The notes beneath the pieces were generated by a model that did no database searches, was not told the DNA's origin, and was given only the letters and a program-made list of their open reading frames with translations. Shown here piece by piece: positions 10,640 to 19,347 of a stretch of 25,529 bases of DNA. Both the position numbers and the translations under genes were made by a program. Numbering within the stretch: position 1 is the stretch's first letter; the number at the start of each line of letters is the position of its first letter. Origin of the DNA: Gammaproteobacteria bacterium (GTDB lineage Bacteria; Pseudomonadota; Gammaproteobacteria; BMS3Bbin11); NCBI GenBank assembly GCA_030597275.1, contig JAUVSB010000001.1, positions 1 through 25,529 on the forward strand. Direction: 5' to 3'.

Positions 10640-10963
10640 TCAGACGGTAAAGCTTTCTCCACAACCGCAGGCATCTTTGACGTTGGGATTATTGAACTCA
10701 AAGCCTTCATTCAAGCCTTCACGCTTATAATCAAGCTCAGTACCATCCAGATAGATCAGGCTTTTCTTGTCGACAATAATTTTAACTCCAGCAGACTCAA
10801 ATACTTCATCTGTATCTTCAATTTCATCTACAAACTCAAGTACATAAGCAAGACCAGAACAACCAGATGTTTTAACCGCCAGGCGGAGACCGGCAGCCCC
10901 GCCTCTTTTTTCAATAAAATTAAGGACATGCTCTGCTGCTTTTTCTGTCAGACTAATTGCCAT
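10640..10963 (-). CDS. iscA: Iron-sulfur cluster assembly protein IscA
   Basis: 107 aa. Motifs [41 protein letters not shown] lies upstream. Confidence 0.98.
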   Translation of the reverse strand: MAISLTEKAAEHVLNFIEKRGGAAGLRLAVKTSGCSGLAYVLEFVDEIEDTDEVFESAGVKIIVDKKSLIYLDGTELDYKREGLNEGFEFNNPNVKDACGCGESFTV

Positions 10964-11018
10964 TATATTACTCCACTACTTCACACTGATCATGGATGCT
11001 GTATCAATCCTGACTACG

Positions 11019-12230
11019 TCAGTGTGCAACCCATTCAACTTTATCCAGATCTACACCATCCTTATACATATCCCATAAGGGTGATAGCTCACGCAACCTG
11101 CCAATATTATCACGTACCAGCTGAATCGCCCGGTCTATGTCTTGTTCCGTCGTAAAACGCCCAATACTGAAACGTATGGAACTATGGGCCAGTTCATCAT
11201 TCCTGCCCAGAGCACGGAGAACATATGAGGGCTCGAGGCTGGCAGAAGTACAGGCTGAGCCTGAGGATACGGCGAGATCTTTGAGTGCCATTATTAAAGA
11301 TTCGCCTTCAACAAAGTTAAAGCTGATGTTTATATTTCCAGGGACACGATGCTCCAGATCTCCGTTAACATAAACCTCTTCCATGTCTTTGAAACCGTTA
11401 AGTAAACGATCACGCAGAGCAAGAATTCGTTCAGATTCACTGGCCATTTCTTCATTTGCTATACGGAACGCCTCACCCATGCCAACAATCTGGTGAACCG
11501 CCAGGGTACCGGAACGCATACCACGTTCATGACCACCGCCATGCATTTGCGCTTCAATTCTGATCCTCGGCTTACGTCGTACGAAAAGCGCACCGACTCC
11601 TTTTGGCCCGTAGATCTTATGGGCTGACAATGAAAGCATATCGATATCCATTGCTTTCACATCAATTTCAACTTTTCCAGCACTCTGGGCCGCGTCTGTA
11701 TGGAATATCACCTTGTGCTTATGCGCTATGCTGGCAATTGCTGCAACATCCTGAACGACACCAATTTCATTGTTAACATGCATAATACTGATTAGCGTAG
11801 TATCAGGGCGAATAGCAGCTTCAAGCTTGGCAAGATCAATCAAGCCATCGGCTTCAGGATCAAGGTAAGTGACCTCGAAACCCTCTCGTTCAAGCTGACG
11901 ACAGGTATCCAGAACGGCTTTATGCTCGGTTTTACAGGTAATGATGTGTTTACCTTTTTTACTATAGAAATGGGCAGCACCTTTAATTGCCAGGTTATCT
12001 GACTCTGTCGCTCCAGAGGTCCAGACTATTTCTCTTGGATCAGCATTGATCAAGTCAGCGACCTGCTTGCGTGCCTCATCTACGGCAGCCTCTGATGCCC
12101 AACCATAGGCATGAGAACGAGAGGCAGGGTTACCAAACTCTCCGTCCATCGTCATATATTGCATCATTTTTTCTGCCACCCGTTTGTCTATCGGGGTAGT
12201 GGCTGAGTAATCAAGGTATATCGGTCTCAT
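11019..12230 (-). CDS. iscS: Cysteine desulfurase IscS
   Basis: Start reassigned to the ATG at 12230 ([13 protein letters not shown]), giving 403 aa. PLP lysine in [10 protein letters not shown], catalytic SSGSACTS, and HSSIRFS. Confidence 0.98.
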   Translation of the reverse strand: MRPIYLDYSATTPIDKRVAEKMMQYMTMDGEFGNPASRSHAYGWASEAAVDEARKQVADLINADPREIVWTSGATESDNLAIKGAAHFYSKKGKHIITCKTEHKAVLDTCRQLEREGFEVTYLDPEADGLIDLAKLEAAIRPDTTLISIMHVNNEIGVVQDVAAIASIAHKHKVIFHTDAAQSAGKVEIDVKAMDIDMLSLSAHKIYGPKGVGALFVRRKPRIRIEAQMHGGGHERGMRSGTLAVHQIVGMGEAFRIANEEMASESERILALRDRLLNGFKDMEEVYVNGDLEHRVPGNINISFNFVEGESLIMALKDLAVSSGSACTSASLEPSYVLRALGRNDELAHSSIRFSIGRFTTEQDIDRAIQLVRDNIGRLRELSPLWDMYKDGVDLDKVEWVAH

Positions 12231-12285
12231 CTTTTTCTGCTTCTTTATATTCGTGTTTACTATGAGTGGCGAAAGTATCGACACC

Positions 12286-12756
12286 CTACGTTGTTATTGA
12301 CTTAATAGTTGCTGTCACTGCAACATTATTCTGTCGACTGGCGACTTCCTGCACCTTTGGCTGGTTGACCAGGTCACCCAGTGTAATCCCGTATAAAAAA
12401 TCGTGAATGCGGTCACTCAAATCCTCCCACAAATAGTGGGTCAGGCAGCGGCCATCATTATCGCAATTCTTTTCTCCACCGCAGCGAGTCGCATCAACAG
12501 TTTCATTGATCGCTGTCACTATCTCCGCAACGCGGATATTTTCTGGCTCCGTGGCCAGGCGATAGCCGCCACCGGGCCCTCGGGTACTTTTGACCAGCCC
12601 TTTGCGACGCAAACGGGCAAATAGCTGCTCCAGATAAGAAAGAGAAATGCCCTGCCTGCCTGCAATGTCAGAAAGAGTCACGGCTCCCTTGTCATAGTGA
12701 ATGGCAAGATCTAGCATGGCAGTAACGGCATATCGGCCTTTTGTCGTCAGTCTCAT
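12286..12756 (-). CDS. iscR: Fe-S cluster assembly transcriptional regulator IscR
   Basis: 156 aa. Motifs [32 protein letters not shown]. The three cluster cysteines plus His are retained ([17 protein letters not shown]). Confidence 0.97.
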   Translation of the reverse strand: MRLTTKGRYAVTAMLDLAIHYDKGAVTLSDIAGRQGISLSYLEQLFARLRRKGLVKSTRGPGGGYRLATEPENIRVAEIVTAINETVDATRCGGEKNCDNDGRCLTHYLWEDLSDRIHDFLYGITLGDLVNQPKVQEVASRQNNVAVTATIKSITT

Positions 12757-12801
12757 AGTGATAACTCGCGATTTGTGTGTTAGAAAATGTTACAATACGC
12801 T

Positions 12802-12830
12802 ATTATCAAATACCTGACTATTTTAGTCAA
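12802..12830 (-). promoter_or_regulatory. Sigma70 promoter of the iscR operon
   Basis: The minus strand reads TTGACT (12830-12825), a 17-nt spacer, then GATAAT (12807-12802). The -35 lies inside the IscR operator, consistent with autorepression. Confidence 0.75.
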
Positions 12831-12834
12831 GTAT
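12810..12834. promoter_or_regulatory. IscR type-1 operator
   Basis: ATACCTGACTATTTTAGTCAAGTAT matches all 25 positions of the E. coli type-1 consensus ATASYYGACTRWWWYAGTCRRSTAT. It lies 54 bp upstream of the iscR start. Confidence 0.9.
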
Positions 12835-13615
12835 TATCGCTGTTTTTATCTTCTTTCCTTTCTTCGCTGCCACTACTCAGTTCTTCGACATCAAGCTCAG
12901 GCAATTCATCTATTCCTTCAGCAAGACCCGCCTGTTCTAATTTCCCGTCAATCATGTTTATTCTTGAATCAACAGCATGTAAATGTTCAAGAATGAGATT
13001 GACTGCCTGTGCTACAGGGTCTGCAGAATCCTGTGTTTCACCATAGGCCGTAAAACCAATTTTTTTAGCCTGTTCCTTACGTTTACCCTCATTTTCGGTT
13101 TGTTGGGCATTGACGATGTGGCCAGGTATGCCTACCACTGTCGCCTGGGCAGGTACATCTTTAACGACCACTGAATTCGAACCAATTTTTGCACTTGCGC
13201 CGATGATTATAGGCCCAAGAACTTTTGCCCCGGCACCGATAACCACGTTATCTTCCAGTGTCGGATGGCGCTTGCCCTTATCCCAGCTAGTACCTCCCAA
13301 TGTCACACCATGATAGAGGGTGCAATCATTGCCTATTACTGCAGTCTCACCAATAACAACACCCATGCCATGATCGATAAAGAAGCGACAGCCAATAGTC
13401 GCACCAGGATGAATCTCGACACCGGTCAACCAGCGAAATATATGTGAATTCATGCGAGCCAGCCATTTAAGGTGGTGGCGCCACAGGAATGAGCTAAGAC
13501 GATGCCCCCAGATGGCATGTAGCCCCGGATAGGCAGTCAGTACTTCAAGCGTATTTCTGGCTGCAGGATCACGCTCGAATACACATTCAATATCTTCACT
13601 AATTCTTTGAAACAT
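12827..13615 (-). CDS. cysE: Serine O-acetyltransferase CysE
   Basis: 262 aa. Motifs [50 protein letters not shown] and hexapeptide repeats. Confidence 0.97.
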   Translation of the reverse strand: MFQRISEDIECVFERDPAARNTLEVLTAYPGLHAIWGHRLSSFLWRHHLKWLARMNSHIFRWLTGVEIHPGATIGCRFFIDHGMGVVIGETAVIGNDCTLYHGVTLGGTSWDKGKRHPTLEDNVVIGAGAKVLGPIIIGASAKIGSNSVVVKDVPAQATVVGIPGHIVNAQQTENEGKRKEQAKKIGFTAYGETQDSADPVAQAVNLILEHLHAVDSRINMIDGKLEQAGLAEGIDELPELDVEELSSGSEERKEDKNSDNT

Positions 13616-13616
13616 A

Positions 13617-15023
13617 TCAATTAACAGGGATTTTATTCCCGCCCTTATACCAGTTTAATTTCTCGTGTAGCTGAACCACCTGTCCCACTATAATCAACGT
13701 AGGAGCTTTGATTTCATTCAGCCTGACCAATTCCGGCAGGCTATCCAGATCACCGATGTATACCTTCTGCTGCGGTGTCGTTCCCTGTTGAATTAATGCC
13801 GCAGGAGTCGACGGTGGCATGTCATGGGCTATCAACTCTTTACAAATAACATTCACTGCCTGCAACCCCATATAGAAAACTATAGTCTGGTTAGGCTGCG
13901 CCAGCGCTGGCCAGTTTAGATTACAGGTGCCATCTTTCAGATGACCTGTAACAAAGATGCAGGCCTGTGAATAATCTCTATGGGTTAACGGTATACCGGA
14001 ATAGGTCGAGCAACCCGAGGCAGCAGTAATTGCCGGCACCACCTGAAATGGAATACCCTCTTCCATAAGCCCCTCTATCTCTTCACCGCCGCGACCAAAA
14101 ATAAACGGATCACCACCCTTCAGGCGCAAGACTTTTTTCCCTTCTTTAGCCAGGCGGATTAACAACAGATTGATATCTTCCTGCTGGATAGCGTGATTAT
14201 CTCTCTCCTTGCCAGCATAGATTCGCTCGGCATCACGGCGCACCATATCCAGTATCGGCTCAGATACCAGTCGGTCGTAAACAACGACATCTGCCTGTTG
14301 CATCATTCTGAGAGCCTTAAAGGTAAGCAGATCAGGGTCACCGGGACCCGCACCAACAAGAAATACCTGCCCAACAAGGCTTGTATCGTCGTCACTGCGG
14401 TTAATTTCATCATTTAGCGCAGATCTTGCTTCATCATCATGGCCCGCGTAGACCAGCTCCGCAATATGACCCTGTAAAATACGCTCCCAGAAAAAACGAC
14501 GGGATTCTACATTTGAGAACCGTTTTTTCACTGAGTCACGGTATTCTTCAACAATGCTTGCCAAACGACCACAGGCTGACGGGATAAATGATTCGAGTCT
14601 TCCACGAAGCAGGCGTGCCAATACAGGAGATGCACCTCCAGTTGAGACAGCAATCTGTACCGGGGAACGATCAATAATAGAAGGCATAATAAAACTGCAA
14701 AGATCCGGATTATCCACTACATTGACAGGAATTCCCCTGTTACGGGCTGCCACTGATACAGACTCATTGATATCACGTTTATTTGTGGCCGCAATGATCA
14801 CAGCCTGGTTGGTGATATCAGTTTCATTAAATTCTCGTTGCAGATGATTAATATCGTTGCTTATGGCCAATAACTCGAGCTCTTCACATAGAACTGGCGC
14901 AATAACTGTAACCCTGGCACCTGCTTTTCTAAGCAGCGCAATTTTACGAGCAGCAATCTGCCCCCCACCTACTACCAGGCAATCTTGCTCTTTTATATTT
15001 AGAAATATGGGTAAAAAATCCAT
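13617..15023 (-). CDS. cysG: Siroheme synthase CysG (precorrin-2 dehydrogenase/ferrochelatase plus uroporphyrinogen-III methyltransferase)
   Basis: 468 aa. Motifs [58 protein letters not shown]. Its stop is 1 nt from the cysE ATG. Confidence 0.97.
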   Translation of the reverse strand: MDFLPIFLNIKEQDCLVVGGGQIAARKIALLRKAGARVTVIAPVLCEELELLAISNDINHLQREFNETDITNQAVIIAATNKRDINESVSVAARNRGIPVNVVDNPDLCSFIMPSIIDRSPVQIAVSTGGASPVLARLLRGRLESFIPSACGRLASIVEEYRDSVKKRFSNVESRRFFWERILQGHIAELVYAGHDDEARSALNDEINRSDDDTSLVGQVFLVGAGPGDPDLLTFKALRMMQQADVVVYDRLVSEPILDMVRRDAERIYAGKERDNHAIQQEDINLLLIRLAKEGKKVLRLKGGDPFIFGRGGEEIEGLMEEGIPFQVVPAITAASGCSTYSGIPLTHRDYSQACIFVTGHLKDGTCNLNWPALAQPNQTIVFYMGLQAVNVICKELIAHDMPPSTPAALIQQGTTPQQKVYIGDLDSLPELVRLNEIKAPTLIIVGQVVQLHEKLNWYKGGNKIPVN

Positions 15024-15056
15024 CGAGACCCCTGCTTACCTGTTTATTCATCATTA

Positions 15057-15217
15057 AGGAACCTCTGATTAATTCTGGACGAAGTAGATTGCGTTCTAAA
15101 ATATTCAGGTTTGAGGCGAAAACCGCACGTAATAGCTAGCTATTGCGAAGGTTTACAACGAAAAAACTGGATATTTTAGGCGTAAGATACGAGTTCATGA
15201 ATTGATCAGAAGCTCCT
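15057..15217. mobile_element. ~160-bp imperfect palindromic MITE-like element
   Basis: Terminal inverted repeats AAGGAACCTCTGATTAATTC (15056-15075) and GAATTGATCAGAAGCTCCTT (15199-15218) match at 17/20 positions. There is an inner inverted pair CTAAAATATTCAG / CTGGATATTTTAG and a perfect central palindrome AATAGCTAGCTATT (15131-15144). TTA direct repeats flank it at 15054-15056 and 15218-15220. It has no coding capacity. Confidence 0.65.
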
Positions 15218-15290
15218 TTAGCCAAATTACAACGAAATATTACCAAATACTTATCAAATACTATAGAGAACTACTACTATTCATAAGCAT

Positions 15291-15827
15291 TCAGGGCAGC
15301 TGGCGACAATTAGTTACTTCAATACTTTCAAAATGTTCATTAAGCCAGCGGAAGACAAGGTGAGAGGTGTAGCGCTTGAGGTCTTTTTCCACTTCGTCAC
15401 GGTTAACAATTCTTGCTGTCAGTTCCAATCTGACTTTATTCGGCGTCAAATGCTGTATGAGTTTTTCTGTCGAACCGGGTTTGCCTGGACGGGCTTTGGG
15501 CATCGTGTACATAAGGTTTTGCATGGTATCAAATCGTAAGCTGGAGAAGATGGGGCGCAGACGCTTGCGTACTTCTTCACGTACCAGTCGCGTCGCAAGC
15601 CAGGCGAGACTATCCGCTGCATCGAGTAAATCTGCATCAACAGTGGTCCTGGTTTCCTGAAAGAATTCCATGGCTGGGAAATAGCCTAGCTTTTTATCTT
15701 TTTCATAATTTGCAATCTGCCTGGCAAGCTCTTTACCAACCACCTCAGCTGCGGCAGATGAATGACTATCCAGATCTTCAGGCTTGACTGTTATAATCAA
15801 CGATATAGCTACATTTGTGACTTTCAT
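15291..15827 (-). CDS. Hypothetical protein (178 aa), last gene of the dsrS operon
   Basis: ATG ORF starting 41 bp after the dsrS stop on the same strand. Soluble-protein composition with an LGYFPAMEFF motif. No family recognised. Confidence 0.75.
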   Translation of the reverse strand: MKVTNVAISLIITVKPEDLDSHSSAAAEVVGKELARQIANYEKDKKLGYFPAMEFFQETRTTVDADLLDAADSLAWLATRLVREEVRKRLRPIFSSLRFDTMQNLMYTMPKARPGKPGSTEKLIQHLTPNKVRLELTARIVNRDEVEKDLKRYTSHLVFRWLNEHFESIEVTNCRQLP

Positions 15828-15868
15828 GAATTTAATTTTCAGTTTTCGGACCTGGAACGTGGGGCGGT

Positions 15869-17005
15869 TTAATCTTCAAGCCGACTCACCATCTCCAGCA
15901 GCGGTTCACTGACGGGTTTTATCCGTTTACGCAAAACGGATCCCAGGCAGTCGTTACCCCCGCATATCGGGTCTAGCAGTACTTCACTGAGCTGTGCGAG
16001 TCCCAGTAGTGCATGGACACGTTCTTCACTATCAGGGATGTGGCGGAGTATCCATTCAATTTCGGTTGATAGTTGCTGACATGTTTTTTCACAATCACCA
16101 TTGCAAATGCCCGCATTGAATGATTGTAAGTCCTCGATTGTTCGAAACCGTCGAGTGAGCCCAAGATCTGCAAAGTAAAAACCTATAGCATTGAATAAAG
16201 CCACAACTACATCCTGTTGCGAAGGACGCTTTAAAGCCAGGCGTATCGTTTGCAGGAACGCCCTGCCCCTGCTGCTATGTATCCAGAGATATAACTCAGC
16301 GGCTTTATTGCCGTCACGTATTGCTGAATCAAGCTGCTGACGCAGTTCTTCATAACTACGATGTGGCTCTGCCTGGAGCGGTAGATTATCGGCGCTAGAT
16401 ATAAGAAAACCGGGATAATACGCTGATTTATGGGCCGCTTTTTTCCACAGTGACTGGCGATCTTCTTCAGATAAGATACCGGGCTGAAGCAATAAACCGA
16501 CCGTTTCAACAATACGTAAAGCCTCCGCTTCAAAGGGCAGAAATTCCATCAGGAACACCGCCAGTTCCTGCCCCAGCGCATCATCAATAACGCTCTGATG
16601 ACGCAGTAGAGTACGTGCATTTTCTTCAGTTGGAAGAGCCCACCAGGCATGCCTGGCAACCTCAACCGGCAGGTTTTCTGAGTGCGCAACAGCAACGACA
16701 GCCTCAGGTTCACCGAGTTTCAACAGGTTCTGCAAACTTTCTTTTTTTCTTGTCTGCCCCATTCTTGCCCAGCGGTGAATGTAGACAGGATAACCGATAG
16801 GCGAACCGAGGATATGGGTGGAGATCAATTCTTTTACCATGCCTATGTATTTTTCATCACGGCAATTGGAATTCAATACTATCCGCCCCTCACCCCTTTC
16901 TGTCAGTGCATCGATAAGCATTTTAGATTCATCAATACGCAGGGCATATAAATTCTGCCGGAGCAATACATTCAATCGTAGATTGTCTTCATTTGTCAGT
17001 GACAT
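15869..17005 (-). CDS. dsrS: DsrS family protein (reverse-Dsr sulfur oxidation accessory/regulatory protein)
   Basis: 378 aa. The N-terminus MSLTNEDNLRLNVLL..RIDES..NCRDEKY..LGSPIGYPVY..RWARMGQ..LL.LGEPEAVVAV..ARHAWWA resembles Allochromatium vinosum DsrS as I recall it. Not confirmed by search. Confidence 0.85.
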   Translation of the reverse strand: MSLTNEDNLRLNVLLRQNLYALRIDESKMLIDALTERGEGRIVLNSNCRDEKYIGMVKELISTHILGSPIGYPVYIHRWARMGQTRKKESLQNLLKLGEPEAVVAVAHSENLPVEVARHAWWALPTEENARTLLRHQSVIDDALGQELAVFLMEFLPFEAEALRIVETVGLLLQPGILSEEDRQSLWKKAAHKSAYYPGFLISSADNLPLQAEPHRSYEELRQQLDSAIRDGNKAAELYLWIHSSRGRAFLQTIRLALKRPSQQDVVVALFNAIGFYFADLGLTRRFRTIEDLQSFNAGICNGDCEKTCQQLSTEIEWILRHIPDSEERVHALLGLAQLSEVLLDPICGGNDCLGSVLRKRIKPVSEPLLEMVSRLED

Positions 17006-17023
17006 ATCTGATTTATAGTCGTT

Positions 17024-18301
17024 TTAATTCAACTGTACACGAGTACCAAAAGGCACTTTGTTCTTACCTTTAATCAGCCATAATACATCCGTGGCTGGCT
17101 CCTGCTGAGGGAATTCACCTTCTGCATCGGTAAAATAGACTAACAAATCAGGCTGAATATCCCGCCCTTCCAACCATTGAAAAGGAGGCAAGAAAGAAGT
17201 CCCTCCACCACCCTGCAGTTTTTCCGGCAACTCAACCTCTTCCCAGGGCTCATACACCCATGGGCAGGACTCTGCAATTTTGGCATCACAGGCAAGCAGG
17301 GTAATGCGGGCGGACAATTGTCCTTTAATAGCATTTATCTCACTCAGGAACTCGCTCACTTCAGAGCTACTGATTGAGCCGCTGGTATCAACGACTACAA
17401 CAATATTAACCTCTGTACTGCGTAAGCTGGGGTATATAGCCGGCCCGTCTCTGCGGTTAGACGGGCGCATATAACTGTAATCATTTCGTGCGGTGTAACT
17501 GAGGTAACGTGCCAGCAGCATCCTCCATGGCAAGCTTGGTTGCAGCATGTGATCGACCAGACGCGCCAGGGAGCCATCCATTTTTCCTGCCTGAATCGCC
17601 TGTTGTGCAGCTCCAGCCAGTCTTTGTTGCCATTGCACAGCAAGGTCTTCGCGCTGCTGCCCGCTCAATGGACGTGGACGCTTTGCACCTCCGGCATCGG
17701 TATCGGACTCGGCTTTAGCGCCAGTTTTTCCTTTGACATCACTGCCGCCCCCTTTATCTGTGACTTCGCCATCATCAGCAGAAAGGTCGCCATTTGCAGG
17801 CATTTCACCCGAGCCCTCGCCCTGATCGCCATCATCTTCTTCTGCATCATATATGTGCTGGTCTATCGTCTGATCAGCCATTTTTTTATCCAGATAGGGA
17901 TAAATTTCTTCAGCCGTCATTTCGGCAAAACCTTTGTCATAGAGTATGCCAAAAGGCGCCGTCAGGCCTTCGTCCAGCAGCAAAGGGTTAATGGCATAAT
18001 CACAGGCAATGTCCCAGCGCCATTTAACCCGGTTATTTCTTCGCGCAAAGTGCGCCAGGCCGCAGTGCAGGGCTTCGTGAGCCAGCATGAATTCTGTTTC
18101 CGCTAGCGAAAGACCGTCAATAAACTCAGGATTGAAGTAAAGCTTCCTGGCATCCGTCGCTGTGGTTTTGCACCATTTGCGATCAGCCGCCACAAGCGGC
18201 AGGCGTAATACCAGGGCACCAAGAAAAGGTCTGTCCAGGATAAGTCGGGTACGAGCAGTAGCGAGCTTCTGTTCTATACCCGCGAGATCCATTTCAGGCA
18301 C
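17024..18301 (-). CDS. DUF2201-type putative metallopeptidase plus C-terminal VWA domain protein
   Basis: 425 aa. The GTG start overlaps the ATPase stop (TAGTG); an alternative ATG is at 18292. Contains HEALH (HExxH, 18065-18079), WDIACDYAIN, an acidic Gly-rich linker, and MIDAS elements DTSGS, GGGGTSF and FTDAEG. Confidence 0.88.
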   Translation of the reverse strand: MPEMDLAGIEQKLATARTRLILDRPFLGALVLRLPLVAADRKWCKTTATDARKLYFNPEFIDGLSLAETEFMLAHEALHCGLAHFARRNNRVKWRWDIACDYAINPLLLDEGLTAPFGILYDKGFAEMTAEEIYPYLDKKMADQTIDQHIYDAEEDDGDQGEGSGEMPANGDLSADDGEVTDKGGGSDVKGKTGAKAESDTDAGGAKRPRPLSGQQREDLAVQWQQRLAGAAQQAIQAGKMDGSLARLVDHMLQPSLPWRMLLARYLSYTARNDYSYMRPSNRRDGPAIYPSLRSTEVNIVVVVDTSGSISSSEVSEFLSEINAIKGQLSARITLLACDAKIAESCPWVYEPWEEVELPEKLQGGGGTSFLPPFQWLEGRDIQPDLLVYFTDAEGEFPQQEPATDVLWLIKGKNKVPFGTRVQLN

Positions 18302-19347
18302 TAGCGACTAAAGATCATCAGGTCAGCAATTGAATCCGCCCACTGATCAAACTCAGGAACTGAGAACATTTCCTCTCCCAGGGCACGATTCATATCAGAG
18401 ACCATCATTACCCCCATTTCACGCTGCGGGAAGCTACCGGCAAAGCTCAAAATATTGCCGATTACACTGGCTGCATTATCACTTCCCTGTTCCCGTATCG
18501 CCCTGCCCACCAGTGCTGTGGCCACGGCATATTGTAGGTCTACTTCAGCGGGTACCGGCACATCTTTACCAGCAATGATTTCATCCAGGTCTGGCATATT
18601 TGTCAGGTTCTCAATATAGGCCTTTAATTCAATTCCAGTAGCCGGACCAACACAGGCCTGCAGGGTTTCCGTAAGCAATTCAGGCTGATCTTCAAATTTC
18701 TGTATTGCATTGTTAGCAAATTCCCACGAGCGAGGGGTAGGGAATGCCACAGGGTTGTGCGCCGGGTCAAATTCAAACAGTTTTTCAGGACGAAAGCGTA
18801 GAAAGGCTATCAAGCGGTCGTCTATGCCATGAGAATACGCCCAGCTGACCCAGTCATCGAGGTTAATATCAACATCATAATGTGAGAAACGATTGGCTAA
18901 TGGCGACGGCATGGTATAGGTTACACCACGATCCCCCTGACGATTACCTGCAGCAAATATCGCCCAGCCGGGAGGTACCCTGTATTCTCCCAGGCTGCGG
19001 TCCAGAATTAACTGATAAGCGGCAGCCGAGACGCTGGGTGGCGCTGAGGTAATTTCATCCAGGAACAGGATTCCCGTATCGCCGTGACGTTCGATATTCG
19101 GCAACATTGATGGAATGGCCCATTCGACGTAATCATTCACCCGCATGGGAATGCCGCGTAAATCACTCGGTTCCATTTGTGAAAGGCGAACATCAATCAC
19201 CGCGACATCGTGTGAACTGGCTATCTGCTGCACAATCTGGGACTTGCCGACACCGGGAGCGCCCCAGAGCATAACAGGCGTATGCAGCCCCTCACTGGCA
19301 CTGAGGAACTCACGTTCCAGGACTTTTATCAGGTGAGCTGGACGCAT
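18301..19347 (-). CDS. MoxR-type AAA+ ATPase
   Basis: Start reassigned to the ATG at 19347 (MRPAHL), which overlaps the Sel1 stop as TAATG; 348 aa. Walker A GAPGVGKS, Walker B ILFLDE, plus AAGNR, LANRF and PTPRSWE. Confidence 0.92.
   Translation of the reverse strand: MRPAHLIKVLEREFLSASEGLHTPVMLWGAPGVGKSQIVQQIASSHDVAVIDVRLSQMEPSDLRGIPMRVNDYVEWAIPSMLPNIERHGDTGILFLDEITSAPPSVSAAAYQLILDRSLGEYRVPPGWAIFAAGNRQGDRGVTYTMPSPLANRFSHYDVDINLDDWVSWAYSHGIDDRLIAFLRFRPEKLFEFDPAHNPVAFPTPRSWEFANNAIQKFEDQPELLTETLQACVGPATGIELKAYIENLTNMPDLDEIIAGKDVPVPAEVDLQYAVATALVGRAIREQGSDNAASVIGNILSFAGSFPQREMGVMMVSDMNRALGEEMFSVPEFDQWADSIADLMIFSR

Noticed and set aside
10597-10710. N-terminal extension of hscB in the ORF track (224 aa)
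   Set aside because: It overlaps the iscA 3' end. J-domain homology begins at the ATG at 10596.
10982-11026. Short inverted repeats (CACACTGA/TCAGTGTG; CTGAC-TAC-GTCAG) at the iscS-iscA junction as a deletion scar
   Set aside because: The stems are short with no T-tract and are plausible by chance. They give no evidence for a mechanism of iscU loss.
10595-11155. 186-aa plus-strand ORF
   Set aside because: It lies antisense to iscA and the end of iscS and has no recognisable motifs. It is not an IscU (no conserved Cys/LPPVK pattern), so it is a shadow ORF.
12231-12284. 18-aa N-terminal extension of IscS
   Set aside because: Homology starts at MRPIYLDY (12230), and the upstream start abuts the iscR stop.
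15057-15217. CRISPR repeat or tRNA/riboswitch interpretation of the palindrome
   Set aside because: There is a single unit with no repeat-spacer array, no cloverleaf, and no recognisable riboswitch consensus.
15237-15290. Possible second IscR box upstream of cysG
   Set aside because: It lacks the GACT/AGTC core of type-1 sites and does not resemble type-2 sites.
17540-18106. 188-aa plus-strand ORF
   Set aside because: It is antisense to the VWA gene. Its hydrophobic stretch merely mirrors the acidic linker codons.
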